Assembly (NCBI RefSeq): GCF_006345805.1
Contig: NC_043003.1
Location: 90,210,001 to 90,274,000 of the forward strand
Direction of reading: 5' to 3'
DNA length: 64,000 nucleotides
Source of the DNA: Octopus sinensis
Taxonomy: Eukaryota
Shown: piece after piece, positions 11,721 through 25,200 of the stretch
Numbering within the stretch: position 1 is the stretch's first letter
Layout: each line of letters starts with the position of its first letter
The notes under the pieces: generated by a model
The model's input: only the letters and a program-made list of their open reading frames with translations
What the model was told of the DNA's origin: nothing
The model's database searches: none
Made by a program: the position numbers and the translations under genes

Positions 11721-12930
11721 ATCGGCCATGTTTGGATGGTGCTTTCTATGTGCCATTGGCACAGGTATCACAACTACAATTTTCATTTGATATTTATTTT
11801 GATGTTGATGTACTTGACTCAATAGGTCTCCTCAAGCACAGCAGGTCACCTTACGATCCAAGGTAAGCACTGCAGGTCGTTCTGCAATCCAGGTACTTTG
11901 GATGGGTTGGGGCTATGCGAAACTGGTGGAGGAAGCAGCCCGGGTCTTTGCAGTCACAGCATATCTCCAGAGATCTTCCCTTAACGTTGCTGCACCTCTT
12001 GTGTGTCCATAGCTTACACTTGGTGCATCTTATAGAGTTTCTACCTATGCCTTTCCTACAGATCGAGCAAGGTCATCTACCTGAAGGCGTTTGTGACTTG
12101 TCTACCTTCCTACTTATTAGGACTTTGGTTTTAGCTAGGTTGACTCTAAGGCCCTTCAATTCTAATCCTTGCTTCTACACCTGAAACTTCTCCTCCAGTT
12201 CTGATAGTGACTCAGCAATTAGAGCAAGGTCATCAGCATAGAGGAGCTCCCAGGGGCATCCTGTCTTGAATTCCTCCGTTATTGCCTGGAGGACTACGAT
12301 AAATAGGAGGGGGCTGAGGGCTGAACCTTGGTGGACCCCTACCTCTACCTGGAATTCTTCACTGTACTCGTAGCCAACCCTCACCTTACTAGCAGCGTCC
12401 CTGTACATGGCTTGTACAGCTCTTACTAACCATTCATCTATCCCTAGTTTCCTCATTGACCACCAGATAAGGGATCGGGGGACCCTGTTGAAAGCTTTCT
12501 CCATGTCAACAAAAGCCAGGTACAGGGGCTTATCTTTGGCCAGATATTTCTCCTGCAGTTGTCTTACCAGGAATATGGCATCAGTGGTGCTTTTCCCTGG
12601 CACGAATCCAAACTGCATCTCATCTAAACTAACTCTCTCTCTAATTAGTTGGGCTATGACCCTCTCCGTAACCTTCATTACCTGATCCAACAGCTTGATA
12701 CCTCTGTAATTATTTGTATCTAGGGCGTCACCTTTACCTTTGTAGCAGTTGACTATTATGCTGCTACACCAGTCATTGGGTATGACTCCTTCATGTATTA
12801 CCTGGTTAACTATACGGGTGACTAGGCTATAGCCGACACTACCAGATATTTTGAGCATCTCTGCAGTAATTCCTGATGGGCCTGGGGCTTTCCCTGTCTT
12901 CATGCTTCTAATTGCCTCAATTACCAAGGA
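11721..12930 (-). mobile_element. Relatively young RTE LINE RT segment
   Basis: Uninterrupted frame KAPGPSGI...NYRGIKLL...QFGFVPGKSTTDAIF...GVHQGSALSP...LLYADD. Confidence 0.95.
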
Positions 12931-14424
12931 ACATACATACATACATTTACATATACATATATATATACATACATACATACATACATTTACATATATATAT
13001 ATACATTTACAATTTAAAAATTAGGATATAATCTTTTTAAGAATTTATCAAGTAGTTGCGTGGAAATCCTCATAAGAGAAAAATCCATCCTGTTTTCTCT
13101 TAAATATATTTATTTATATTGAGGGCATTACTATACATAAATGCCACACACTAGGAGGGACTCTTAAAGTCAAAACTACCAAAATAAATAAACATATAGT
13201 ACTGAGTGCGGAGCAATGCAACTCTCGAAATGAGCCCTTTAAATACAGAATTCAGCCGCATATCACATGATTTCATAATTAGTGCACAAATGCACTTTTT
13301 AATCCTCAGTGCAAGCATAATTCAAGATTTATAAAGAATGAACAAAAATCAACATACCAGACGAACACCCAATGTATCCTGCATAGCATATAGAATTGTT
13401 CACCCTTTATACATGTATGTAAAAGGCAGGCTTTTTCGAATTGCATCTCGGTAATCTAAGCAGATTTTTTTTTATAAGTAGTGAATATATCAGCATAGCT
13501 TTATATAAGCTGAGTATGAAATTTATAGAGATATAATAATTTTATAAATAAATAAATAAAGGCTAATTTTAAAATAAAATAAAATAATCAAGGGCAGAAC
13601 ATCATAGAAAAAGGGATAAAATGGTTTAATTACTATGATAAAGTATATTTAGCTTGTTAACATCAATAGAGAAGATTTTTAGAAAAAAGTATAATAATTC
13701 AAAACATATTAGACTAAAAATTATATTTACTTGTTAAGATAATATCTATAAAAGACTGATGTTTGGTATCAGCTAAAGGAATAATTAAGTTATGGAACAA
13801 TTCTATTATACACTAATCTTTTTTTTTAAATTAAGGGTTATATTATAGGTTTAGGAAGTTATTATTATTACACCCTACATGATATTTATATTTTCTTATT
13901 GGTACTTATTTAGAAAGGTTATTTATATAAAGGTCCTTATAAATACTAAGAGCAGGAAGGTAGAGTCATTTGAGAAAGAGAAAAATCTAGTAATTTTTAA
14001 AGATCATTTCAAACAATATTATCATACTGTATAAGGTTAAAAAATTTTTTAGGGTAATCAAGAAGATTATTAAGAATGAGAATTTTAACAAAAAGGATAC
14101 CACTTTTTTGAATATTTTGAGTATATACCAAATTTTTTTTTTACCACAATACAGGGAAGAAAAAGAAAATTGCAAAGAAATAGATTAATATTTATATACT
14201 TATTACTTATCTAAAATATTCACTTATTATAAGGTTTCTATGGATATTGATCAATTGGATTTAACTGGTATTTAATAAGGGGGGGGGGGCAACTGAGGTT
14301 AAAGAACATGTCAACTCTATACTGATTTAATTAAAGTTGAACTAATTTTAAGTTGTGGAGATACCAGTATTAACTTATATAAGCTGAAAACCTACAGACT
14401 CTCACACACACACACACACAATCC

Positions 14425-14850
14425 TACACTACTGAAACTGGAAAAAGACCTCATTAACATGGTGAAAAAACTAAAATTCTCGAGAACCACAAACCACATC
14501 CCAAAGAAATTAATTGACATTATCTCTCTGATAACCTACATGTTCTTTCTGATAAAACAGGAAACCTATATTTACTACCTACCGATGCCTATAATAACTT
14601 TACTCTGAAGGAATACAAAATAGTGGCTGATAACAGACTGAATGAAATTAATAAGAAATACTTTGACTTAATTAACGAGCTAAAATAGTGAGATAGGACA
14701 GAATGCTATGCCCCTAAACTCTCATATTTCACTTTTAAGGACTCTTAAGCTAACTTTGAGAGCAAACCCACCATCAGGCTAATCTGCCCAACCTGACTTG
14801 GGCAGAATTAGTAGGTCTATCATTGATAGAATTATCCCTTGTGTTAAAAG
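14425..14850 (+). mobile_element. PLE (Naiad-like) RT N-terminal fragment, degenerate
   Basis: SDKTGNLYLL...DRTECYAPKLSYFTFKDS*ANFESKPTIRLICP...DLGRISRSIIDRI. Confidence 0.7.
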
Positions 14851-14908
14851 AAACACGAACCTCCCACTTTGGGTATCCATGGGAGATATCATTACTTGGT
14901 TCTGCTCA

Positions 14909-16620
14909 TCTCTTCTCTATATATATAAAACTGAGAATGTGTGGCTGTCTGTCTGTGTGTTTCCCTAAAACTTGAGAACTACACAACCAATTTCATTCAA
15001 ATTTTACACATGTCTTACTTAGGGTCCGGCGAGTGTCATCAGCAAAGAAAATTTTGAACTTTTTGCCTAGGGTGAGCCCACAGCAATATCATATCTTCTC
15101 CACTACGATTCCCTAAAACTTGAGAACTACTCAACCAATTTTATTCAAATTTTACACATGCCTTACTTAGGGTCCATGTAGTTTCATGGGCAAAAAAAAT
15201 GTTCAACTTCTTGCCTAGGGCGAGCCCATAGCAATATCATATCTTCTCCACTATTTCAGTATTATGTGTTAAAAGTGAAACAAAAACATTTCTCTATTTT
15301 ATGTCAGATACTTTCACTTTAACAATAAAAATTAGAGATAATAATAACAATTGAATTATATGTAGTAAGTAATAATTAAAATCAAACTAAAGTATAATAT
15401 AATAATTAAATCGTAACATAACAAAAGTAAAAATAGCAATTAGTATAAAATTGCATCAATGACTTGAACTTGAATAAGTGGTTTCACATGAATGGGAATA
15501 AATTAAAAATAAAATTAGCGTGCAGAAATGGAATAGTCTAGATGGAGCTGTGCACATACCTTTTACCACAGCTTTTAGATTATCTGCTAATTAGCTAGCA
15601 TTAAGTATCTATATGAAGTTTGGCTGTATGTAATATCTGTTTTCTCGAACAGCCGCTTTTACTGAGTACTACTGTTGGTTTATTTCTTATACATAAAGGA
15701 CTATAGCTTCAACTGCGTACTGCTTTTTGATTCACCATAAGGTTTGTTGTTATTATTATTACTGTTTAACTATTGTTATCATGTTTGTTGGTTCCCCGAA
15801 AGAGAAATGTTGTTGTGTTGCATTTGTTAAATAATTGTAAACCGTAACCCTCCCCCTTTGGGAAAAGGAGCTTTGGTTATTATTTAAAAATTGAATTGTG
15901 TCCCTGTTTGGGGAAATTGACAATATTTTCACCGTTTACATGGAAGCATTTTTGTTAGAATGCCTTCGATAGAAGAAAGTCCAAAAATGAATTTCGCTGC
16001 AGCCGTTGGCGGGCGGCAAACTCATTAAAATTAAAATGGAAGAAATACAAACCTATTTCGGATTGATCACCAACAAAGACGGTGAATCTAGGATAACACC
16101 ACCAAACGAAATAAATTAAATTAAAGACTATTGTCTATAAAGTATACAATGTAGAGAAAAAAAAAGATTTGAACACCTGGAGGAAAGCACCATTGAAAAG
16201 TGTATTGGTGCGACTATGAAATATATCAAGTATCTAACCAGAGACGGTAAATTTCTCCACAATAGAAGCAAGGTTCGAGTCAACGGAGCGTGCAAGGGAG
16301 TACTCGACTCGAACCTTGAAAATTGGAAATATTTTATTTTTACCTTTATGTTAAAAATGTCCCCCCAGAAGTAGAGGTAGGCTGGATTGTAGCCACGCTT
16401 CTATACAAGAGGGAGGACAAGATACAATTGATCGAAATTGCAAGAGACGGGCCTACAATTCCAGTCTGTTATATATTTTGAGTATTGTTATCACTAGCGA
16501 TATCAAGATATAACTTTGTATTTTATGTGTAGATGTATATATATAGATGTACACATATATATACACACATATATACATGCACTAGCACTATGACCCGGCA
16601 ACGACGGGTCATAATGCTAG
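14909..16620 (+). mobile_element. Non-autonomous Helitron, full length
   Basis: A|TC start; 3' hairpin TATGACCCG-gcaacga-CGGGTCATA then CTAG|T; second copy at ~58745-60374. Confidence 0.88.
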
Positions 16621-17093
16621 TTGAATAATAAAATGAAAACTCTATATACCATTTGATATTAGTAATTACTACCAATCTATTAAGCCTGTAAAATGAGTAT
16701 CACATTACCACCATATAAGCAGTGCCTTTCCATTCTCTTTAAATGTGTTTGACTATGGGGAAATATTACCTTGCTTGGAAACAGGCGAGGGTTGGCAACA
16801 GGGCGGATATCTGGCCATAGAAAATTCACCTCAATGAATTATATGATTTTAATTCTAATTAAAAAGATAAAATGATAATGATTTCCAAAAAGTAATATTA
16901 TTAATTTTTTTACTGAATTGAATATGAATACAACTGAATGTGCACATATAAATAGAATGCAGTAGATACTGAAACAAGGTGTAGTACCATTAGTTGATCA
17001 TCACTTTATGAAATGAATACTTTATTTTTCTTGTCTTTAAAAAAGTTTTCATTTTATATTTTCTCATTTATTTATTTTTTTTCTTATTTACAG

Positions 17094-18203
17094 TCTGCAC
17101 TTATTTCCGGTCTCTACAATCATTCTATATGGGTGTGGCCAAAATGGGACACAAAGAATCATATAAAAAACCACAGCATTGTCTTTGTATATTTTGGAAG
17201 GGCAACAAGAGATAATGCTAAGAAACTTCCAGGAAAGACATCAGCCATCTGCTTTTGTATTAGTTATTCAAAGAGAGGTGTAAAAACTTGCTTTGCACAA
17301 CATGGAAACAAATCACCATTCACAGAGAAATCAATTCCTCATACGCAATGTCATATTAAACGTTATGCCAAAATCGAGAAGATTCGTGAAGACCTAGCTT
17401 TGCAGTCACTACAGAATGGCAAGCTGATTCAAAAAGAAGAGAATGTTATACTAGACATTGATGAAGAATATATCGGTTATGAACTCTCTTTCGCTCCACT
17501 TCTTGCTACAGGTTTGACTGTAGCAAATATAACATCTATAAACAGAGAAGTTCAGCGGATAATATGCCCAAAAGTAATGAAAGAGGAAACAAAAGCAGAC
17601 AGTGTTTTGTCTAAGATAATCTTTGAAATTTCCAAACGACGACGGCATTTTTGTATGAAAAAGAAGCCAGAAATTTGTTCAAAATTTCCCATGAGCCACA
17701 ATTTCTCATCTGTTATACATATGTTTACTAAACCTTTGTCATCGCTGTCTCCTGCCCTGTCTTGTAAGAAAAAAGTTGCTACAAAGTATTTAGAAAAATT
17801 TGCTTTAAAGTTAGCATCATTGAAAGAGAAACAGTTACTTGCCATACGTGAAGTTGGCTTTTGTTTTACTCCACTTCCTAAGACACTTAATTGGGAATAC
17901 CACTTTCAGCTTTGTCTTGGTGGAAGTGTTTTGAATAACAGTATTCGGCGTCTTCATTCATTACAACAACAGGAAGTCTTTTCCCGTATTGAATTCCTTC
18001 AGAAATTCATGTCTGAAGCTAAATTTCGACCAAGATTAATAACTCTGGCAAGGTCTCTTCGGAGTGGCTTTACACCTCGTAAATATTTTCGTAAAATTGA
18101 GCGAGAAATTCTCTCCAGTTTTCATGTTTTTCACTCTAAACTCCATGTTCACTATGACAGTAGTTTACTTGGTGGCAAGTTTGGTTGGCCTAAACGTCAT
18201 TGA
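17094..18203 (+). CDS. Terminal exon of UPF0489/C5orf22-like gene A (369 codons plus stop)
   Basis: Long polypyrimidine tract and TTTACAG acceptor; open to TGA; motifs HSIWVWPKW, ILDIDEEY, PRLITLARSLRSGFTP resemble UPF0489 blocks. Confidence 0.8.
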   Translation, partial: SALISGLYNHSIWVWPKWDTKNHIKNHSIVFVYFGRATRDNAKKLPGKTSAICFCISYSKRGVKTCFAQHGNKSPFTEKSIPHTQCHIKRYAKIEKIREDLALQSLQNGKLIQKEENVILDIDEEYIGYELSFAPLLATGLTVANITSINREVQRIICPKVMKEETKADSVLSKIIFEISKRRRHFCMKKKPEICSKFPMSHNFSSVIHMFTKPLSSLSPALSCKKKVATKYLEKFALKLASLKEKQLLAIREVGFCFTPLPKTLNWEYHFQLCLGGSVLNNSIRRLHSLQQQEVFSRIEFLQKFMSEAKFRPRLITLARSLRSGFTPRKYFRKIEREILSSFHVFHSKLHVHYDSSLLGGKFGWPKRH

Positions 18204-18760
18204 CAAAATGTAACAGTCCGACTTCATTAAAAAGTTTGACAGAATAACATGTAACAGTCATGTAGGAATGTATTCATGATTTAATTTTGTTTTTGTTTGG
18301 AAAATTTAGTTTAGTTTATGATTTGGGTTTTCCATAGTTAATTAATTTACCATTTGATACCACTTTTTAAAAGTTTTTTTTGTTGTTGCAGAAATGCTAT
18401 TAACACTTTTTTTAAAACAAATTAATTAACAGCAAACATCATTCACTAATAATTAGAAAAAACATCTCAATAGTTTTCCAAATTAATAACCTCTTTTCCT
18501 TTGATCTCCCTAGCCATTACATGACAGATAAATTTACAGTTATCTCCATTGTAGCCACGTCAACTGACAATGTGTGCACTGTCTTACTCATTTAAAATAA
18601 GTTCACTTTGTATATAATAGTTGAAGGACATTGGTTGCTGAAGTCATGGTCAGGACTTATTTTTAATTACCTATCATTGATATTATAAATTAAAATAATT
18701 TTTCTTTTCAAAAACTCATGTAAATATATATTCTGCTTCTACATTTACCAAGGTGTGGTA

Positions 18761-18766
18761 AATAAA
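18761..18766 (+). promoter_or_regulatory. Candidate polyadenylation signal for gene A
   Basis: AATAAA ~560 nt after the stop; ATTAAA at 18226 is an alternative. Confidence 0.25.
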
Positions 18767-19249
18767 TCTCATTTTCCCTATCTCTTGTTTGTAAGAGCAT
18801 AAATTATATTACATAAGTGAACTGAAATAACAAAAACCAGGTTAAAATTGTGGGTTCCTTGGTTTCTTACCTTTTATTCCCCAATCCTTACCAACATATT
18901 GAAATATTTATTTAATTTTTTTTTTATTATATATGTAAGTTTTGTGGAGACATTTTTTTCTGTTCTGTACTAAAATATTTTTAGTGTACATAAAAACTTA
19001 ATTCTAACTTACTATCACAACTACTAATAATAATACTAACGATAATATTTCATCTCATATTAACAACGAAAATCCTTATATTTCCATTGTAAATATTCAT
19101 TTGTTAATTTCCATATTTAATAAATCTTCAAAAATCTGTACATTTTAAAACTTTCAATGGTGTACCTTTGGCAGTTGAAGTATTGTTTCATTCTTTCTTT
19201 CTTTTCTTAAATATCTGACTGGGTGTGTATATAATATATATATTTAAGC

Positions 19250-19361
19250 TTCTTATACAAGAATGTTGTTGACAGAGACTTCGAAGTTTCAGCCAGTTAT
19301 GCTATCGTTGGACTTAGCTGGATCAAACTTCAAAGTCACTCTCAATATTCTTGTATAAGAA
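19250..19361. repeat. Imperfect 112-nt hairpin
   Basis: TTCTTATACAAGAAT...ATTCTTGTATAAGAA ends, with paired GACTTCGAAGTTT/AAACTTCAAAGTC inside. Confidence 0.75.
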
Positions 19362-19559
19362 TAATAAATTTTTACTCTACAAAAGTATAGAGTAACCCAT
19401 CAGATTAATGTCAAATTGTTTTTATTATAACTGAACATAAAAACAAACACTAATATATATATATACACACACACATTCATATGTTTATATATATATACAC
19501 ACACACACATGTTTTTATATATATACACACACACATTCATATGTTTATATATATATATA

Positions 19560-19602
<43 letters not shown>

Positions 19603-20313
19603 ACACACACACACACATAAATTTTTGTTTCAGATCAGACGGCTTAGTTACCTAATTCCACTCAACTAAGGAATTAGTCTTAAGCTCTGTACAGTAAGCA
19701 TTCCATTATTCCCAAAAAGGTCTTTATTTGTGATAACATTTCAATCATCCTAGTATTATTTCTTTATGTTTGTTTGTTTTATTTGTTATTGTCATATAAT
19801 GTAAAGTATTTAGTTATGCAATTTTTGCCTATTTTCATTTCATGCAAATGTCAGTTAAAAAACAGTATTTGTTAAATACTATTTTCATTGAAAAAATAAA
19901 ACAAAATTATAAAAGAAAATAATTGCTAAAAATGTTTTCTTTTCTCAATTTTATACTTAAAATAATTTTTCTATCAATGTTCATAGTTTCTATGATGCTT
20001 TTTAGAACTTCCAAGCAATGTTTCAAATTTGAGAGGACAAGAAAAAAGCAAAATTACTTTATTTTTATGATTAACCTATGATGAACATTTTTTAAAAAAT
20101 TAACCATTAATTTTCTTTTATGTTAATTTTTATTTTACTAGAACATTGAAAAAAAAACCAAGAAAATTTATATTCAGACCTTATATCTCACAATGGACAT
20201 TTCTCTTATTAGCTCCAAACTGTTTAATTAAAATGACAGAACAGTGTTATTTTCTTATTTTCAAAATATTGTGACAACTATTCTTTAATATTAAAATTTT
20301 TTTCAAAGTTTAA

Positions 20314-20698
20314 CCCTTTTGATACCAACTTGCCTGAGACAGTTCTTGGTTCAATGATACAAGTGACCTATTAAGTGGTCTGACATTAAAAAGAAATAAA
20401 AAGTAACTTGTTTATATTATTATCATTTTATTACATATTTTATAAATACTTAAAATTTTCCATATTTAACTTTTTTCTTACCATCACCATATTTCTGTTG
20501 AAATCCACTGCCTTTATTTTAATTCATTTTGAAAACATTGAAGAATTTAGTAAAGTAACTTTGTCATTATTAAGCTTGTATTTGGAATGTTAATTAACAT
20601 CAAATTTTGATGGAAGAAAGTTCAATTTGGATTGCTTTAAAACAGTAATTTGTATGATAGAACCAAGGCTGGTCTCAGATGGTTTAGTATCAAAAGGA
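20314..20698. mobile_element. piggyBac-like MITE
   Basis: TTAA|CCCTTTTGATACC left end; ~50-bp imperfect TIR ending GTATCAAAAGGA|TAA. Confidence 0.7.
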
Positions 20699-20730
20699 TA
20701 ATGTGCTGGCGTACCTTAGGCAACATGGTT

Positions 20731-20945
20731 ATAGTATAGAAAGAAGGATAACAGAGTAACTCGGTTAGTAGGAGAGGTTAGGAAGTTAGAGGAGGAGGAT
20801 GAAACTCTTTCACACTTTTTCATTTTTTTCACCTTCTCTTGTCTTGTTCTTTTAACTTAACTACAATGTTTCATTGTCCTCCTCCTCCTTTAACTTTCTA
20901 ACCTCTCCTACGAATCGTGCTACCCTGCTATCTTTCTTTTTATAG
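20731..20945. mobile_element. Foldback/MITE-like element with ~75-bp imperfect arms
   Basis: GTAGGAGAGGTTAGGAAGTTAGAGGAGGAGG versus CCTCCTCCTTTAACTTTCTAACCTCTCCTAC. Confidence 0.6.
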
Positions 20946-21959
20946 TATCAAAAGGATTGAATAACTCTTTCAAAGAAATATCGGACATTACTTGAGCATT
21001 TGGAGTTTCTTTTTTATAATGTGGATATTTTCATGTTTCCGAAGAACATATTTTTACAACAGAATTTTTGTTCTGTTATTAACCAGCCAGTCAACACACC
21101 AGTTAGACATGAACATTGTTGGCTCAGCTGGCATGTTGTGTGTCTTGTCCAGGGGGAAAATGCTGTAGATGTAGTTTTGTTTTAATTTCAGACCATATAT
21201 GGTCATTGTCTGTTTGAAATATTGATTACAACAATATTTTAATGTTTTAATTTTCAATAAAACTCTTGACATCCATAAATGACATTCAGTTCGAGCTGTT
21301 TGGCCTGGGCTGTCCACAACTACACAACAATTGTTTCATAAATGCAATACTGAATATCATGATACAGTGATTTAATGTGGGGTGAGCTAACAGAATTCTT
21401 AGCACTTTGGACAAAATTCTTAGCAGCATTTCTTTTAGCTCTTTACAGCCAAATCCAACTGAAGTCTTTGACTATCATTCAACTAATGTGAGTCAATATA
21501 ATTGGCTTGTTGCCTCATTGATTTGTGCCAAAAATTGAAATATTATTCAAGAGTTAGTTTCATCCATCTTATTCTAAAGTTGAGGCTAATAGATTCATAT
21601 TAACCTCAACTTTATCACTTTTCAAAAATTTTTTGTGAAGCAAATTTTGGCACTTAATTTATGAGAACCAATCCATAATGTCATTCTGTATGTTGTAGAT
21701 AGATTTCAACCATCTGATAAATGACTTTTAAAACAACCACCACACTGTAATCAGCTGAATATTTCCATTATAATAAGCTTGGTTATATGTTGATAATTAC
21801 ATATCTTTTTTTTCATTGTGTGTTCTTTGTATTTTCCATGTTTTATCAATGTTGTGTTTATTTAATAATAAAGAATGTGTAAAAAGAAATTGTAATGAAA
21901 TGTGCTATCATCCTTTCAACCAATACTCATAGTTAACAATTTATTGAACATTTTTCTAG

Positions 21960-22265
21960 CTGGGATAAACATGTAACTTGCTGCAGAGAAAAGGGACCTG
22001 TTCCTGCACCTCTGTTATACTTTAACCACTGCCCTCTCTACTCACTGCACCCACCCACTCAGTCAAAAGGTCTTGTGAGTTACTCACTAGTGCCAGTGCC
22101 ACAAAAAAAACAAAAAACATCCAGTACATTCAGTAAAATGGTTGGCATTAGGAAGGGTATCCAGCTGTAGAGGCCATGCTAAAACAGATATTGGAGTTCA
22201 CAACAGTCCTGATTCATCAGATCCTGTTAAAGCATCCAACCCATTAATGGATTTTACATGATGAT
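21960..22265 (+). mobile_element. Degenerate RTE 3' tail
   Basis: GGTTGGCATTAGGAAGGGTATCCAGCTGTAG block followed by (GAT/AAT) tail. Confidence 0.7.
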
Positions 22266-22292
22266 AATAATGATTATCAGAATATATAATAA

Positions 22293-25200
22293 TCTACCTA
22301 TATAAAAGAGGAAAAAAACTTGCACACTTTGGCTTTGGTAAGGATTCAATCGAAATGTTCACTTAAAGAGAATAACAAGCTACATAATGCAAAATTTTTA
22401 CTTTTCAAAAATTTCAATTCTAAAGGGTCAAAAAGAAAACAAACCCAAGCAGCGCCGGGCTATACTGCTAGTCTACCTATATAAAACAGGAAAAAAACTT
22501 GCACATTTTGGCTTTGGTAAGGATTCAGTGCCACTAGATCCGGTTGGATTCATTCCAAAATTTACCGGGACATGTAGAAAGAGGCGAGGATATGACTGGG
22601 CTAGGTTAGAAATCCCTATCTCAAAAGCTGTGGTTACTAGGGCAAAAAAATCCCACATTTTGACAAGTGTTTGTCGTTTCTCTCTTTCTCTTATCTGCCT
22701 GTCTTCCTCCATCTCTCTCTCTTTCCTCCCTTCCCTTCATTTTCTCTCTATAACGACATTTGAAGCTTCCACTATCCTCCGTCGCCTTCACCAGTGCTGT
22801 CACTCTTTCTCCCACATCCCCTCTCTCTGTGTACGTCTGTCTGCACTTTCTCTCTATAACCACGTTTGACAGCTTGGCCGTCTCTCTCTGTCACTCTTTC
22901 TCCAACTGCCTTTCTCACTGTACTTCAGCCTCTATCTATAGAGAGAAAGCGTGACAGTAGCAACAGTTTAAATATTTCCGTCTTTTAGAACGCTGACATA
23001 TTATCGCCCACCACCATCGCACAATCATAACAAATATTATTAATCATATATATTGTGTTAATTTATATATATATATGTGTGTATATAAATATATATATGA
23101 TGTGTATACACATTATATATATTATGTGTATATAATATATATAAAGTGTATATATTTGTATATATGTGTGTAGATATATATATATATATGTAGACTATAT
23201 ATAATGCGTATATATATACATATTTAATGCATATGTATATATATATAATGTGTGCATATGTGATCGGCTTCAGCTGAAAATATGCACACCTATGTTAAAA
23301 GTGCTAGCAAGTTTGCATGGCAACATTAAGTTTGCTCAATTGAAAGGCATCGCCTGTAGGGCAAAATTCCTCATCTTTTAAAATGTGGCCCGTGTACACC
23401 CGAGTGAAATCGGGTTATAATGCCGAAACAAGTAAAATGATAATAAACTATTTTAATCCTGAGCAAGGCCCGGTATATTTGTCTAATCTATAAAATGAAG
23501 AAGGCGAATGTTGATACAAATTGGATTTTTATGTAGAAAGGGGTCTAAATGGGGCTGGAAGGAGATTAAAATTTACAGGAGGGCGTAACTTGAGGAGGGA
23601 AATTGATTGCGAGACGTTTTGGGGCACTACAGTGGTTGCTTTGGTGTGAAAACTGGGATTTTATTAATTTTGGGGGACACTTGGGGATCTAGATTGGAAA
23701 CCTTTTGCCTGATTTCAATCAAATTTTAAACATGGTAAAGTGGAAGCAGATTTGCAATTTAAACGTGGAAATCTAATTATTTATAAATGGGAGAGAGATA
23801 GTTAAAGATAAAAAGTAAGAGAAAGCGAGGGAGCGTCTGAAAGAAAAGAAGAGTGAGAGATTGGGAAAGTGAGAAAGGAGAGAGAAACAAGAGAATGTGC
23901 CGATAAGAAACAGAAAGTAACAACCACAACCTCACCCGTGCGTAGAGTGGGTTACCTTAAGCTAGTCTACCTAATAAAAGAGGAAAAAAACTTGCACACT
24001 TTGGCTTTGGTATGGATTCAGTGGCACTAGATGTGCTAGGATCGAGCTGAAAATTGGTAGGGATACTAAATGTGTGGTGAGGATGCGACCTGTGATGGTT
24101 AAAATTCGCAAGCTATAAAGATGTGGTTGCTATGGCAGAAAGAGTGATATTTTAAGATATTTCAGCATTCGGAAATAGATACGTTGTAAGGGGAACAACT
24201 CAGTAGTTTCAATGATTACATTTACAAGTAATGACTGTACATAAATATCAAATTACTTATCTGTTGCGAAATAATATGTGCGTGCGTGAGTGTGTGTGTG
24301 TGCATACGAGTGCGAGAGTTGGCTATTAATTCAATGGGACATAAAGAAATCAAAAAAGTAGTTAAAAAAGCAATTAATAATTTTAAGAATAATTTCACCA
24401 AACCTGATTGTATAAAAGATAGCAAAGCATGATAAAAGATAATAAGAGTAGAAATTATTATTTTTAGCATATAAGGGATCCACTGAGTGGTCTCTCTTCT
24501 TGTCTACCTATATAAAAGAGGAAAAGAACTTGCACACTTTGGTTTTGGTAAGGATTCAATGGCACTAGACACACCTATAGAAGGCATGGTGTAGTTACGG
24601 CCAGAGTAGGTTTCAAGTCTCTATCTCGATAACAAAGGCCCGAAACAATGCATTTTCTGCGAGTGAGTGGATGTCATACACTATTGCCTTGAGTTGTGTT
24701 CACGCAACATGTTGGATTCTATGCGTGACTGTGTGCATGTTTGCGTGAATGCAATGGAAAAATGGGGCGAAAACACGTTCAATTTTTGAGTTTTTCGAAA
24801 AACAAAATATGAGCATATATGTAGAAAAATTTCCTGAATTGATTGGAGCAAGTTTGAATTCTCTAGCTTGAAATATGCAAATTCTAGCAGTTTTGAGTGT
24901 GCCTTTTTACGGAGTTCTCAGTTGAAAATGGTGTCAAAAAATAGCTCAAAATGAGAGAATTATTTTGCAGACCGAATTGCCTCAAAAATCGAACGGGAAG
25001 TGCTCTTAATCTAGATATATAAAGCTGAAGTTGTCTGTGTGTGGCAGGTTTGGTAGGCTTCAACTAACACTATCTCCTCCGAGACCCTGCAACGCAAGTT
25101 GACCAAAATTGAGAGTATGATAGAAGAAGGCTTGCTCTTCATTCCTTAGAAGATAAAATTCAAATCAGACCATGTTAAGACTAAAAATTATTTACATCAA

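Noticed and set aside
17013-17093. ATG at 17013 as the start of a 396-aa single-exon gene
   Set aside because: The first 27 codons are a polypyrimidine tract ending in an acceptor; an in-phase upstream exon exists at 6931-7053
22387-22869. 160-aa ORF
   Set aside because: Spans a Helitron-Helitron junction and a CT-rich tract; no recognisable domain
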